Source: an uncultured archaeon (GTDB lineage Archaea; Altiarchaeota; Altiarchaeia; JAFGQM01). Taken from it: a DNA stretch of 42,093 bases. Below the pieces are notes generated by a model that ran no database searches, was not told the origin of the DNA, and saw only the letters and a list, made by a program, of their open reading frames with translations. Where the stretch lies: positions 15,317-57,409 of the forward strand of contig CAZQBY010000002.1 of NCBI GenBank assembly GCA_964592405.1, given 5' to 3'. Position numbers and translations under genes: made by a program. This document shows positions 18,494-27,588 of the stretch, in pieces. Numbering within the stretch: position 1 is the first letter of the stretch; every line of letters starts with the position of its first letter.

Positions 18494-19188
18494 GCAGGAT
18501 ATGTGTGCCCATAACAGAGGCAAATGTTGAGGATGCACTGAAAGCTATGGAAATGGCAAAGGAGAAGGGAGCTGATCTGGTGGAACTGCGGCTTGACTAT
18601 ATAGGTCAGCTGGACGATGCAAAAATCGGTGATCTTGTAGACGGGGTGGAGATACCAAAAATCGCCACTATAAGACCTGAAGGGGAAGGGGGCTTCTGGA
18701 AGGGTGAGGAGAGATACAGGATAAACCATCTGCAGACCTGTCTGAGTTTTGGAGCAGAGTATGTGGATGTTGAGGAGTCTACAGATATTGGCTGGAGGTA
18801 TGAAATCTCAAAGACATGCAAGGAGAATGGGGCCAAAATGATAATATCCCACCATGATTTTGAAAGGACTCCCAACAAACAGGAGATGATTGACATCTGC
18901 AAGAACGAATATGCAGCCGGGGCAGCCATAGCCAAAATAGCTGTCACGCCAAGAAGCATTGAGGATGTGGCAAGTGTCCTAGGTGTTGTTGAGGAATTCA
19001 AATCAAAGGATAGGGATGTAATAGGCATAGCAATGGGAAAACTTGGTGTTATGACACGCGTATTTGGACCATTGATAGGCTCATATCTCACCTATGCATC
19101 TCTTGAAAGGGGCAAAGAATCAGCCGAAGGCCAGCTAACGCTGGAGGAGATGAGAACGATTTTGAATATATTGCAATCAAGGGAGTAA
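18490..19188 (+). CDS. aroD: 3-dehydroquinate dehydratase type I
   Basis: DLVELRLD, TIRPEGEGG, ISHHDF, AKIAV, AMGKLGVMTR, SAEGQL; ATGA-coupled to aroB'. Confidence 0.93.
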   Translation: MSRICVPITEANVEDALKAMEMAKEKGADLVELRLDYIGQLDDAKIGDLVDGVEIPKIATIRPEGEGGFWKGEERYRINHLQTCLSFGAEYVDVEESTDIGWRYEISKTCKENGAKMIISHHDFERTPNKQEMIDICKNEYAAGAAIAKIAVTPRSIEDVASVLGVVEEFKSKDRDVIGIAMGKLGVMTRVFGPLIGSYLTYASLERGKESAEGQLTLEEMRTILNILQSRE

Positions 19189-19887
19189 GGTCTTTTGTAT
19201 CTCGCTGACTGATTCTCTTAGATTTTTTTTGTTGTCAAAGCCTCTTACGCTACAACCTTCCTTCGCAAACTTAATCATATTTGGCAGTGCGCGCACAACA
19301 TTGTCCACTATCGTTATGTCGGCCATCTGTGCTGTCCTGGAGAATGGATTGAGGTCTATGGCAACCACAAATTTGCCCATTGCCCTGAGGGCCTCAGTGC
19401 GATCCCCATCCTCCAGCATGACCAAGACAGCATCCGCCTTGTATATGCCTTCGGGGTCAACCATACCACGGGGAGATTCCAGATTTGGTATGTGAACCTT
19501 CTTGTCCAATCCATAAACCACCTTTGCGCCCGCTTTCTTCAGAATCTCAGCTATTTTGACTTCCCGCTCCCTGCTCCAATAAAAAAGGTTCACTTCGATC
19601 TTGGCACCAAGTGCCCCAGCCAGCCGAACGACATCCTCCGGGCAAAGAGCTGCGACATTACCATTGACAGAAATAACACTTCGGATATGCGAGAGTTTGG
19701 CAACCGCCGCTTTTTCCGCAAACAGGGCAGGTGGGGTTGTTCTCTCGCCGATGAGATAGTCAAAAGCCTCACCCCTGCCATGGGCTATCATACCCGTTGG
19801 CGTAACATAGCCTTCCTTCACACCCTTCTCTATCTTGTGCCTCAGCAGAAGGGATTTGTATCTGGGATGAGATTTCGGAATTGCCAT
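19177..19887 (-). CDS. 4-phosphopantoate--beta-alanine ligase (archaeal phosphopantothenate synthetase)
   Basis: IPKSHPRYKSL, AHGRGEAFDYLIGE, ISVNGN, LEDGDRTEAL, IDLNPFSRT. Confidence 0.94.
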   Translation of the reverse strand: MAIPKSHPRYKSLLLRHKIEKGVKEGYVTPTGMIAHGRGEAFDYLIGERTTPPALFAEKAAVAKLSHIRSVISVNGNVAALCPEDVVRLAGALGAKIEVNLFYWSREREVKIAEILKKAGAKVVYGLDKKVHIPNLESPRGMVDPEGIYKADAVLVMLEDGDRTEALRAMGKFVVAIDLNPFSRTAQMADITIVDNVVRALPNMIKFAKEGCSVRGFDNKKNLRESVSEIQKTLLP

Positions 19888-19943
19888 CTTAAAAAACGGC
19901 GTTTTTGAGGTTTTTAGTTAAAAAATGTGTAAAATAGATTGAA

Positions 19944-20459
19944 ATGACTACAGGATTGTTAATCGGGCGCTATCAACCCTTCCACAGGGGTCATCTAGAG
20001 GTAGTAAGGGAGATACTCGGAGAGTGTGATCTGTTGATAATAGGCATAGGTAGCTCACAGTATAGCCACACAAAAGAGAATCCCTTTACGGGAGGGGAGA
20101 GGCTGAGCATGATAGAAGAGGCCCTAGCCGGTGAGAACATACCATCCCACAGATATGTAATTGTGCCAATACCCGATATCAACAACAATGCCCTGTGGGT
20201 AAGCCATGTGAAAGCATTTTGTCCGCCATTTGATGTTGTTTACACCAGAAACCCGCTCTCCAAGAGGCTATTTGAGGAGGCGGATATTAGGGTTAGGGCA
20301 CAACCACTTTTTGACAGGGAAAAATACAGTGGGACAAAGATAAGAGAGAGGATGATAAGGGGGGAGGAATGGGAATCCCTCGTGCCAGAGGGAGTCGCAC
20401 GTGTGATAAAGAAGTTGGGAGGTGTTGAACGACTGAAGAGTATTATACAGAGCGATTAG
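19944..20459 (+). CDS. nadM: Nicotinamide-nucleotide adenylyltransferase (archaeal NMNAT)
   Basis: GRYQPFHRGH, GIGSSQYSHTKENPFTGGER, YSGTKIR. Confidence 0.94.
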   Translation: MTTGLLIGRYQPFHRGHLEVVREILGECDLLIIGIGSSQYSHTKENPFTGGERLSMIEEALAGENIPSHRYVIVPIPDINNNALWVSHVKAFCPPFDVVYTRNPLSKRLFEEADIRVRAQPLFDREKYSGTKIRERMIRGEEWESLVPEGVARVIKKLGGVERLKSIIQSD

Positions 20460-20513
20460 GATGATGCAGAAACCCGAAGTGTATATGTTGTGAGGGGAAG
20501 CACGCCTTCTCAT

Positions 20514-21797
20514 CTAAGCCAAGGCCTCAAATCCTGCCATGACGTCCAAGACCCTCTGGTCTTCCAGCGGCTTGCCAATTACCTGGAGCCCTGTGGGTAT
20601 ACCCTTCACATCGCCTGCAGGAACTGATCCTGCAGGAACACCTGCTAGATTGGCAGGAACCGTAAATATATCATAGGCATAAAGCACCCTAGGGTCCTTT
20701 ATCTTACTCCCCAATTTGTGTGGGAGATCAGGAACCACTGGGCCGACCAAGACATCCACATCCTTCAGAGCACGCAGAAGTTCATTGCGTATCACGGAGC
20801 GCGCCTGCAGGGCCCTGCGGTAAAATCTGTTCTGCCACTCCTTCTGGCTTATATACCTGCCCAAGGTGATCCTTCTTAGCACTTCCTCGCCACATACATC
20901 CTCAATCCTGTAGCCATATCTGCGACCATCATATTTTCGTGTGGCCGAGAAGAATTCAACATAGACATTTAGGTAATAAGTTGGAATGCCCTTATCCAAA
21001 GATGGTAGCTCAACATCCACAATCCTAGCTCCTGCCTCTTTGAGTTTGTCTATGGCTGCACACACTACATTCCTTATACCGTCATTGGCTATGAGGGCAT
21101 CAAACTGTTTGGGATAACCGATTTTTCTGTTCCTGAGGTCTCTCTCCAGCCTCTCGACATAGCCGCTCCTAGAATTGAGCGAAGTCGCGTCCTTAGGGTC
21201 CTGCCCGGCTATGATATCCAAAAGAAGGGCCGTATCCTTCACATTGCGCGCAATAGGGCCTATCTGCTCTAAACTCATGGCCATGTCGCAAAGGCCGTAT
21301 CTGGAGACCAGTCCATAGGTGGGTTTGAACCCAACGACTCCGCAATGGGAGGCAGGATTTCTTATAGAACCACCGGTGTCCGAACCAAGGGCCATATCCA
21401 CATATCCGGCAGCTACTGCAGCTGCAGAGCCCGAAGACGAACCACCAGGTATTCTCCCGGGAGCAGCCGGATTGTCTGTCGGGCCATAATAGGATGATTC
21501 ACCACTGACACCACAGGCGAATTCGTCCATATTGGCCATACCCAAGATTATGCCATCTTCAGCCCTTATCCGCTCAATAACCGTAGCATTATATGGTGCG
21601 ATGTAGTTTTCCAGCGTTTTGGAGGCGCAGGATGTAAGGTAGCTCTCTACACATATATTGGATTTTACTGCCAGAACCACACCGGCTAACCTTCCACTGT
21701 CTGCTTCAGCATGTTTTCTTGCTTCCTCAGGATACCTCTTTATGAATGCATTAATCTTATCCTTTTTTTCCAGCAGTTGTTCAAGATGCTCGCTCAT
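20514..21797 (-). CDS. gatA: Asp/Glu-tRNA amidotransferase subunit A
   Basis: Amidase signature PGGSSSGSAAAVA, LGSDTGGSIRNPA, GFKPTYGLVSRYG, YDGRRYG. Start MSEHL overlaps the gatC stop. Confidence 0.94.
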   Translation of the reverse strand: MSEHLEQLLEKKDKINAFIKRYPEEARKHAEADSGRLAGVVLAVKSNICVESYLTSCASKTLENYIAPYNATVIERIRAEDGIILGMANMDEFACGVSGESSYYGPTDNPAAPGRIPGGSSSGSAAAVAAGYVDMALGSDTGGSIRNPASHCGVVGFKPTYGLVSRYGLCDMAMSLEQIGPIARNVKDTALLLDIIAGQDPKDATSLNSRSGYVERLERDLRNRKIGYPKQFDALIANDGIRNVVCAAIDKLKEAGARIVDVELPSLDKGIPTYYLNVYVEFFSATRKYDGRRYGYRIEDVCGEEVLRRITLGRYISQKEWQNRFYRRALQARSVIRNELLRALKDVDVLVGPVVPDLPHKLGSKIKDPRVLYAYDIFTVPANLAGVPAGSVPAGDVKGIPTGLQVIGKPLEDQRVLDVMAGFEALA

Positions 21798-22021
21798 CTC
21801 TTCTTCTCTACCTTGACATAGCCGTAGTCCCATTTGGGCGCCAGTTTTTCAAATTTCTTGGCAAACCGGGGGTCACAGTAGCCTTTGTCGTCTGGGCGGG
21901 TGATATTCTTCAGGTCGATGACATAATGCACCTCTTCTCTTCTTGGGATATCCTTCAGCGCTTCTGAGAACTCCTCTATAAGCTTCTTACCCTCTTCCAA
22001 GACCCTCTTTTCGTCTGGCAT
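21794..22021 (-). CDS. gatC: Asp/Glu-tRNA amidotransferase subunit C (archaeal type)
   Basis: 75 aa directly upstream of gatA; NITRPD...APKWDYGYVKVEK pattern. Confidence 0.8.
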   Translation of the reverse strand: MPDEKRVLEEGKKLIEEFSEALKDIPRREEVHYVIDLKNITRPDDKGYCDPRFAKKFEKLAPKWDYGYVKVEKKR

Positions 22022-22044
22022 TGGTTAATTAGATGCAGGAGGAA

Positions 22045-22608
22045 TTAAAGCTTCTCCATGTTGCGCCTAGATTCCTCAAGGATTTCATCATACAAACTCC
22101 TGCCGTGAGAGTCCATGGCAACTATGGCCGGGAAGTCCCTAACTATCAACTCGTACATGGCTTCGGGGACACCAAACTCCTCGAACCTCACAGACTTTAT
22201 CTCCTTTATGGAGTCGGCCAGGAGGGCACCAGCCCCGCCGGTGGCGGCCAGATATACTGCCCCATTCTCTATAAGCGCGCGCATGGTTTTCTCGCCCATT
22301 CCGCCCTTGCCGATTATGGCTCCGATGCCATAGTGCCTGATAAGCTCGGCCTCATATGGTTCCTCGCGTATGCTGGTGGTCGGGCCGGCGGAGATTATCC
22401 TGTTGTTCTTGATGATTGGGCCGCAATGGTAGATTATCGAGCCGTTTAGGGGTATCTTGAGCTCGTCCGGCATCTTTTCAAACAGGAGCTTGTGCACCAA
22501 GTCGCGCGCAGTGTAGATAGTGCCTGACACTAACACAGGGTCCCCTGCCTTCAGCTCCCTGACATCTCCCTCTTTCAGAGGCGTCTTAAGAGTAATAGGG
22601 TTTTCCAT
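22045..22608 (-). CDS. Class I (Fe-S) fumarate hydratase / tartrate dehydratase beta subunit
   Basis: GTIYTARD, YHCGP, AGPTTSIRE, IGKGG, VAMDSHG. Confidence 0.92.
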   Translation of the reverse strand: MENPITLKTPLKEGDVRELKAGDPVLVSGTIYTARDLVHKLLFEKMPDELKIPLNGSIIYHCGPIIKNNRIISAGPTTSIREEPYEAELIRHYGIGAIIGKGGMGEKTMRALIENGAVYLAATGGAGALLADSIKEIKSVRFEEFGVPEAMYELIVRDFPAIVAMDSHGRSLYDEILEESRRNMEKL

Positions 22609-23410
22609 CCTTTATGGTCAGTGTCCACCTGCGAAGCGCCCAGCAGTTGATTGAGATTGATACGAAATAGCAGGCAGGAAGCCTTGGCAGCGAGGTAGCG
22701 AAGACTTCTAAAACAGTGGTCTTGCCTCCCAGTCCCATCGGGCCTATCCCTAGGCTGTTCAGCTTCCCTTTCAAGCGGGCCTCCAGCCCGGCAAGCTTCC
22801 CACGTTCGCCCATCTTCCTGAACAACTGCTTCTTCGCCTCCATATATCCGGACTCGCGCTGGCCGCCTATGCACACCCCCAGGATGTAGGGTGGGCAGCC
22901 CTTTCCCTGCGCCTTGAAGACCGCATCCATTATACACTTCTCGACGCCCTCCATATCGCGCCCCGCCTCCAGCGAGGCGTCGGGAAGCTTGTATTGCGCG
23001 CATACGTTCTCCGAGCCTCCGCCCTTGGATAGCAGCCTGATCTCGAAATCGCCCTTCTCAAAGTGGATTATTGGCAGGTTTCCCATGTTCCTGCCACTAA
23101 TCGGGTCTACAGAATTGGGGCGCAGCAGACCCTGTGCGGTGGCCATTTCCGTAGCCTCCATTATCATGATTTTGAGCTCATCCTCCGTGTAGTCGCCCTT
23201 CCTGACGAAGAAATTGAGCGCGCCCGTGTCCTGGCACATGGGCAGCCCCTTAATGCGCGCTATCCTGACGTTCTCCAGTATGTCAGTGAGTATCTGCTTC
23301 GCGGTTCCAGACTCACTCTCTTTAGCCGTCTCCAGCAAGATTCGTATGTCCGAGGGTAAGTCTGTGGAAATCCTCTTGATTAGCTCTAGGATAGCATTAG
23401 TGAGGTCCAT
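22586..23410 (-). CDS. Class I (Fe-S) fumarate hydratase / tartrate dehydratase alpha subunit
   Basis: PMCQDTG, LRPNSV, KGGGSEN, GCPP, GIGPMGLGG, NCWALR. Confidence 0.92.
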   Translation of the reverse strand: MDLTNAILELIKRISTDLPSDIRILLETAKESESGTAKQILTDILENVRIARIKGLPMCQDTGALNFFVRKGDYTEDELKIMIMEATEMATAQGLLRPNSVDPISGRNMGNLPIIHFEKGDFEIRLLSKGGGSENVCAQYKLPDASLEAGRDMEGVEKCIMDAVFKAQGKGCPPYILGVCIGGQRESGYMEAKKQLFRKMGERGKLAGLEARLKGKLNSLGIGPMGLGGKTTVLEVFATSLPRLPACYFVSISINCWALRRWTLTIKDGKPYYS

Positions 23411-23423
23411 CAGGATCCGAGAA

Positions 23424-24335
23424 TCACTTGATGAGGTTCTTTATGTACTCTACCGACTTCCTGAGTTCCTCTTTCTCCCAGTTATCGAGCTCGTATTCTA
23501 CAACCCCTTCGATGCCACCAGCACCTATGCATGCGGGCACACACATAAAGATATCCCGGACGCCATACTGGCCTTCAAGGAGAACGGAACAGGGCAGGAC
23601 CCTCTTGAGATCCCTTATGATGCTCTCAACAATCTCTGTTATTGCCGAAGCTGGAGCATAGAAGGCGCTGCCGGTTTTCAAAAGGCCAACAATCTCAGCC
23701 CCACCATTGCGCGTCTTTTCTATAATCTCAAGGACTTTTTCACGAGAGAGGAGCTCTTTCAGTGGCTTGCCCCCAACAGTTGCCCTGCTGGCCAAGGGGA
23801 CCATAGCTGTTGAATGAGCGCCTATAACAATACCGTGCACCTCATCTGGGGATGCCCCCAGCTCGTGAGCTATGAAATAGCGAAAGCGTGAAGAGTCGAG
23901 CCCCCCTGACATGCCCAGAATACGGCTCTTTGGGATGTCCCCCACCTCCTTGGCCACCCTGACTATTCCGTCCAGTGGGTTTGTGACTATGAGGAAAATG
24001 GCATCAGGCGAGTGCTTGACTGCCTCCTTGACGACCAAGCTGACTATCTTGGAATTCGTCTCAAGGAGGTCCTTGCGCGTCATTCCGGGCTTCCTGGCCA
24101 GGCCCGCGGTCACGATGACTATGTCAGAGCCGGCTGTGTCCTTGTAGTCGTTTGTCCCGGTTATCGTGGGCGCGAACTTCTCGACCATGCGCGCCTGCAT
24201 CATGTCCAAAGCCTTTCCCTGCGGCAGGCCTTCGACAATGTCTATCAAGACCACATCGGCCAGCCCCTTGAGCGCTATCAGGTGGCCGGTGGTCGCGCCC
24301 ACATGGCCGGCGCCTATTATGGATACCTTTTTCAT
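23424..24335 (-). CDS. mdh: Malate dehydrogenase (LDH-like)
   Basis: IIGAGHVG, GKALD, TAGLARKPGMTRKDL, NPLD, LDSSR, GGAEIV, GSAFYAPA. Confidence 0.94.
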   Translation of the reverse strand: MKKVSIIGAGHVGATTGHLIALKGLADVVLIDIVEGLPQGKALDMMQARMVEKFAPTITGTNDYKDTAGSDIVIVTAGLARKPGMTRKDLLETNSKIVSLVVKEAVKHSPDAIFLIVTNPLDGIVRVAKEVGDIPKSRILGMSGGLDSSRFRYFIAHELGASPDEVHGIVIGAHSTAMVPLASRATVGGKPLKELLSREKVLEIIEKTRNGGAEIVGLLKTGSAFYAPASAITEIVESIIRDLKRVLPCSVLLEGQYGVRDIFMCVPACIGAGGIEGVVEYELDNWEKEELRKSVEYIKNLIK

Positions 24336-24376
24336 GTTGATTCGCCGGAACAGTTGAGGTTCTAGGAATAAAAAGG

Positions 24377-24862
24377 TTATTTTTTCCGCCTTTTCCTGCC
24401 TTTTCTCTTCTTCCTGCCCTCCCTGCGCCTCCTGGCCAAATCGCTGGCCGCGAATGCGGTGACGGCGATGCTGGCTCCGCCGATGCCCCCGAGAAGCGCG
24501 CCGCCTATGAGCCTCCTGCCCTGCCTCCGCCAGTACCTGCGGAACTCGGGCTTGAGCCTCTTCTGCTCCCTCCAGAAGGCTTGGAGGTCGCTCTTCGTCT
24601 TTGGCGAGAGCTTGGTTATGGCAATCTCATAGGGGTCTATCTCCATCGAGCCCCTCCTGTCCGCCCGCCTCCCCGGCCGGACGGCCCCCTGCCGTATTAT
24701 CTCCTTCCTAAGCCTCTCAGCCTCGTCGATGTGCGCCTGGAGGTGCTTGGGCCGGGGGAGGCTGGGAATGGCAGTGGAGATTCCTGCGAAGGCCCCGAGG
24801 GCAAAAGCGCTCACCACGGCCGCCTTCATCTCGCTCCTGTCGCCCCTATCCTTTTGATCCAT
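24377..24862 (-). CDS. Hypothetical basic protein with two Gly/Ala-rich hydrophobic segments and a poly-K/R tail
   Basis: AAVVSAFALGAFAG, LIGGALLGGIGGASIAVTAFAA, tail RRREGRKKRKGRKRRKK. Start may be 24829. Confidence 0.65.
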   Translation of the reverse strand: MDQKDRGDRSEMKAAVVSAFALGAFAGISTAIPSLPRPKHLQAHIDEAERLRKEIIRQGAVRPGRRADRRGSMEIDPYEIAITKLSPKTKSDLQAFWREQKRLKPEFRRYWRRQGRRLIGGALLGGIGGASIAVTAFAASDLARRRREGRKKRKGRKRRKK

Positions 24863-25727
24863 TCTCCAGATAGCTCTCCAGAAACATCGTCAAGTATTGT
24901 TTCTTACCCTGCTTCCACGCCCTCTCCTTAAAGCCCTTCCTGCGCGCCAGCCGGTCCAGAGCCTTGTGCACGCCACTGCCGTACTGGGCGGCCTTCTTCG
25001 GGCGCCAGACTATTTCCTTGGGCAGGATCTCCTCAGCTGCTCTCTTCTCACAGAACTTGCGAATGATGAATTTTTGGCCATGCTTCTCATAGGGGTATCT
25101 GGGCTTCCTGTCGCCCATCCAGAGGCGGTCCCTGACGTCTATAGAGAGCCCGTATTCCACGAAGCCATCCTCCAGGAAGGGGTTTCGCAGCTCGATGCCA
25201 TTCTTTGCACAGACTGCGCGGCCTATCCTGATTATCTCGTTCTTGAGCTCGAGGGTGTCCTTTTTGAGCAGTCGTTTGAGGGCATCATAGCCCTTCTCAA
25301 GCAATATGGGTATATAGCGCGCATATCCGCCGAACATCTCGTCCGGGCCCTGGCCGGAGAGCATGACCTTGAAGCCATCTTGGGCTGCTGCCTTGGAGGC
25401 GAAATAAGACGGGAGCTCAGCGCCCACGCGAACCGGGCTGACGTGGCCCTCCATTTTGTTGATTATGGGGGTTATGGCAGGGAGTGCCTCCTCCATATCC
25501 TCCTCGCTGAGCTTGATTATGTCCAAGTCAAAATGGCTCTTCAGATTGCGTGCGAAGGGGATGTCGGGTGCGCCCTCCACGCCCACGGTGTAGGCCGTCA
25601 CGCTGCAGTGGCGTGCGGCCAGAACCGCCAGCAGGCTGGAGTCCACCCCGCCGGAGAAGATTACGCCAGTCTCCTTCTCGCACTGGCTCTTCACGACCGC
25701 ATCCAGCTTCTGCAGGAACTCGCCCAC
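24846..25727 (-). CDS. Stand-alone asparagine-synthetase-like synthetase domain (PP-loop), no glutaminase domain
   Basis: FSGGVDSS, SGQGPDEMFGGY, ELRNPFL, WRPKKAAQYGSG. GTG start inferred. Confidence 0.85.
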   Translation of the reverse strand: MGEFLQKLDAVVKSQCEKETGVIFSGGVDSSLLAVLAARHCSVTAYTVGVEGAPDIPFARNLKSHFDLDIIKLSEEDMEEALPAITPIINKMEGHVSPVRVGAELPSYFASKAAAQDGFKVMLSGQGPDEMFGGYARYIPILLEKGYDALKRLLKKDTLELKNEIIRIGRAVCAKNGIELRNPFLEDGFVEYGLSIDVRDRLWMGDRKPRYPYEKHGQKFIIRKFCEKRAAEEILPKEIVWRPKKAAQYGSGVHKALDRLARRKGFKERAWKQGKKQYLTMFLESYLENGSKG

Positions 25728-25761
25728 GCTAATTTTTAGCCTTGAAGCATAAAATAGGAGC

Positions 25762-26128
25762 ATGTCACCACTCTGGCGGAGAAGAAAAAGAAAAGAGAGG
25801 AAAGGTCCCAGCGAACCTGCTGGATTCACCCCTGCTGAGGTGAAAGAGCTGATGAGCGTTAGTGAGCGTCTAAATCTCAGATATCATAGATTATGGCCCA
25901 GGCTCCAACATCATCTAAAAAACCATCCGGGAGAGGGCAGACTTGTGGATGTTGGTGGTATGAAGATATGGGCTTAAAACCTTGGGAGCGGGGGGCGTAC
26001 TGTTTGGTGTGCAGGCTCCAGTTGGCCGCATATTGAGGGGTATGAGGGTGCATATGATGCTCTTTGACAATATGGGTAACATCCTAATCAAAAGGATGGG
26101 GAGCTGCCGGTGTAGAGAGTATTTTTAA
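25762..26128 (+). pseudogene. Basic orphan gene split by a +1 frameshift at a TAA codon
   Basis: MSPLWRRRKRK...GMKIWA-TAA (25977); the +1 frame continues KTLGAGGVLFGVQAPVGRILRGMRVHMMLFDNMGNILIK... to TAA 26128. Confidence 0.55.
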
Positions 26129-26147
26129 TATTTAAACCCAAAAATTA

Positions 26148-26510
26148 ATGCCCAATATGCCGCTCTTTGGTCCAAAGGCTGGTCACCTTAGAAATCGCAG
26201 AAAGAGAGAAAAGTTCGTGGAAAGGTTGAGGAGTGGCAATCCTGCCCACATCGAAGTAATCAGAGAACTGATTAGCATTCTTCCAAGGGAAAGGAGTTAT
26301 TATGAAAAATGGCCTGTCCACAAACAGACCCTTACTGTAAAAACAACACCGCACAAGGACATTGCAGTTGGGAGTGCTGCTGTGAAAGGTAGGAAGATAC
26401 ACTGGATAAGGATAACTGATAAGAACGGTAAAGAGCATTTCATTGGGCCGCTAAATGAAAGAGGAGAGCTATTGCAACATAATACTCATGCCCAGACACC
26501 GCAGAAGTGA
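26148..26510 (+). CDS. Hypothetical basic protein (120 aa)
   Basis: ATG after a TATA-like TTTTTAATA; LRNRRKREK near the N-terminus. Confidence 0.65.
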   Translation: MPNMPLFGPKAGHLRNRRKREKFVERLRSGNPAHIEVIRELISILPRERSYYEKWPVHKQTLTVKTTPHKDIAVGSAAVKGRKIHWIRITDKNGKEHFIGPLNERGELLQHNTHAQTPQK

Positions 26511-26811
26511 ACACCTGCCCAGGAGGCTGATAGAGAGAATCAAGGCTAGTGAATACTCCGAATTTTTTGGCCATGTGTACACCGCTCTGGGTGGCGGACT
26601 GATGGGGGCGAGGTATCTGCTGACCCGGCCATTCCTGCCAAATGGCAAGAGGGCGCGCATAGGAGCACCAATGGACGTGCAATACACACTTAAGGACCAG
26701 ATACTGACAAGAACAGAATTCGTACGTGGCGCTCCCTCCCTGCCAGTCCACATGGCACACTTTGACCCGGAGACAGGCAAAAGACTCTCGACTGTACTGG
26801 ACTGTTTTTGA
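26488..26811 (+). CDS. Hypothetical basic protein (107 aa)
   Basis: MPRHRRSE start overlapping the previous stop; VHMAHFDPETG motif. Confidence 0.6.
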   Translation: MPRHRRSEHLPRRLIERIKASEYSEFFGHVYTALGGGLMGARYLLTRPFLPNGKRARIGAPMDVQYTLKDQILTRTEFVRGAPSLPVHMAHFDPETGKRLSTVLDCF

Positions 26812-26825
26812 TTTGATAGGTTAGC

Positions 26826-26837
26826 AAGCTTTTTATA
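26826..26837 (+). promoter_or_regulatory. BRE/TATA-like promoter of rpl30e-nusA
   Basis: AAGCTTTTTATA about 45-55 nt upstream of the ATG. Confidence 0.5.
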
Positions 26838-26882
26838 CCAACGTCTTCAAATTAAAGGCGGGGTTTATGTTCCAACTGAGAA

Positions 26883-27173
26883 ATGGGTTTTGAAGAAGAA
26901 GTAAAAAAGGTTCTCAAAGACGGAGAGCTTGTTATCGGTGAGAAGAAAGTGAAGAAGGGTCTGTTAAAGGGCGGTGTCAAGATGGTAATTGTCGCAAAGA
27001 ATGCATCCCAGAGTATGAAGGAGGATTTCAAGAGATATGCCGAAATGTCAAATATCAGATATTATGAGTATCCCGAATCCTCTAAGGAACTTGGCTATGC
27101 CTGTGCAAAGCCCTTTTCTGTGTCAACCATTGCGGTTGTGAAGGAGGGAACGAGCAGAATACTTAAGATATAA
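26883..27173 (+). CDS. rpl30e: 50S ribosomal protein L30e
   Basis: GELVIG, VIVAKNA, SKELGYACAKPFSVS, EGTSRIL; upstream of nusA. Confidence 0.92.
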   Translation: MGFEEEVKKVLKDGELVIGEKKVKKGLLKGGVKMVIVAKNASQSMKEDFKRYAEMSNIRYYEYPESSKELGYACAKPFSVSTIAVVKEGTSRILKI

Positions 27174-27192
27174 TACTTAGATATAAATCAAG

Positions 27193-27588
27193 ATGCTCTT
27201 GAATACCCGAGATATCCAGTTGATGAACGCCTTTGAATCCATAACCCACGCCCGGACTCTTGACTGCTTCCAGATGGATGATACCATAGTATTCCTGGTC
27301 AAGGAGGGACATCTGGGCAGGGCTATTGGCAGGGGAGGCGAAACCATAAACCGCGCGAGAAAGAAGTTCGGTAAACGACTGATAGTGTTTGAGGACTCTG
27401 ACAATCCGCGCAGGTTCATAATCAATGTCTGCAAGCCCCTGAAGGCCAGCCCGAACATCGGTGATGAGATACGTATAGACGTCCTAAGGAGCCAAAGGGA
27501 TGAGATTTCCGGCAGACAGATAAGGATCCTGAAGGAACTGATAAGAAGGAAGCTCAATGTATCCAAGGTGAATTTTGTCTTTACCTAG
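27193..27588 (+). CDS. nusA: Archaeal NusA (KH-domain transcription factor)
   Basis: FESITHARTLDC, GRAIGRGGETI KH motif; follows L30e. Confidence 0.88.
   Translation: MLLNTRDIQLMNAFESITHARTLDCFQMDDTIVFLVKEGHLGRAIGRGGETINRARKKFGKRLIVFEDSDNPRRFIINVCKPLKASPNIGDEIRIDVLRSQRDEISGRQIRILKELIRRKLNVSKVNFVFT

Noticed and set aside
20460-20513. ATGATG-starting intergenic segment as a C/D sRNA
   Set aside because: The C box is imperfect and no CTGA boxes are present.
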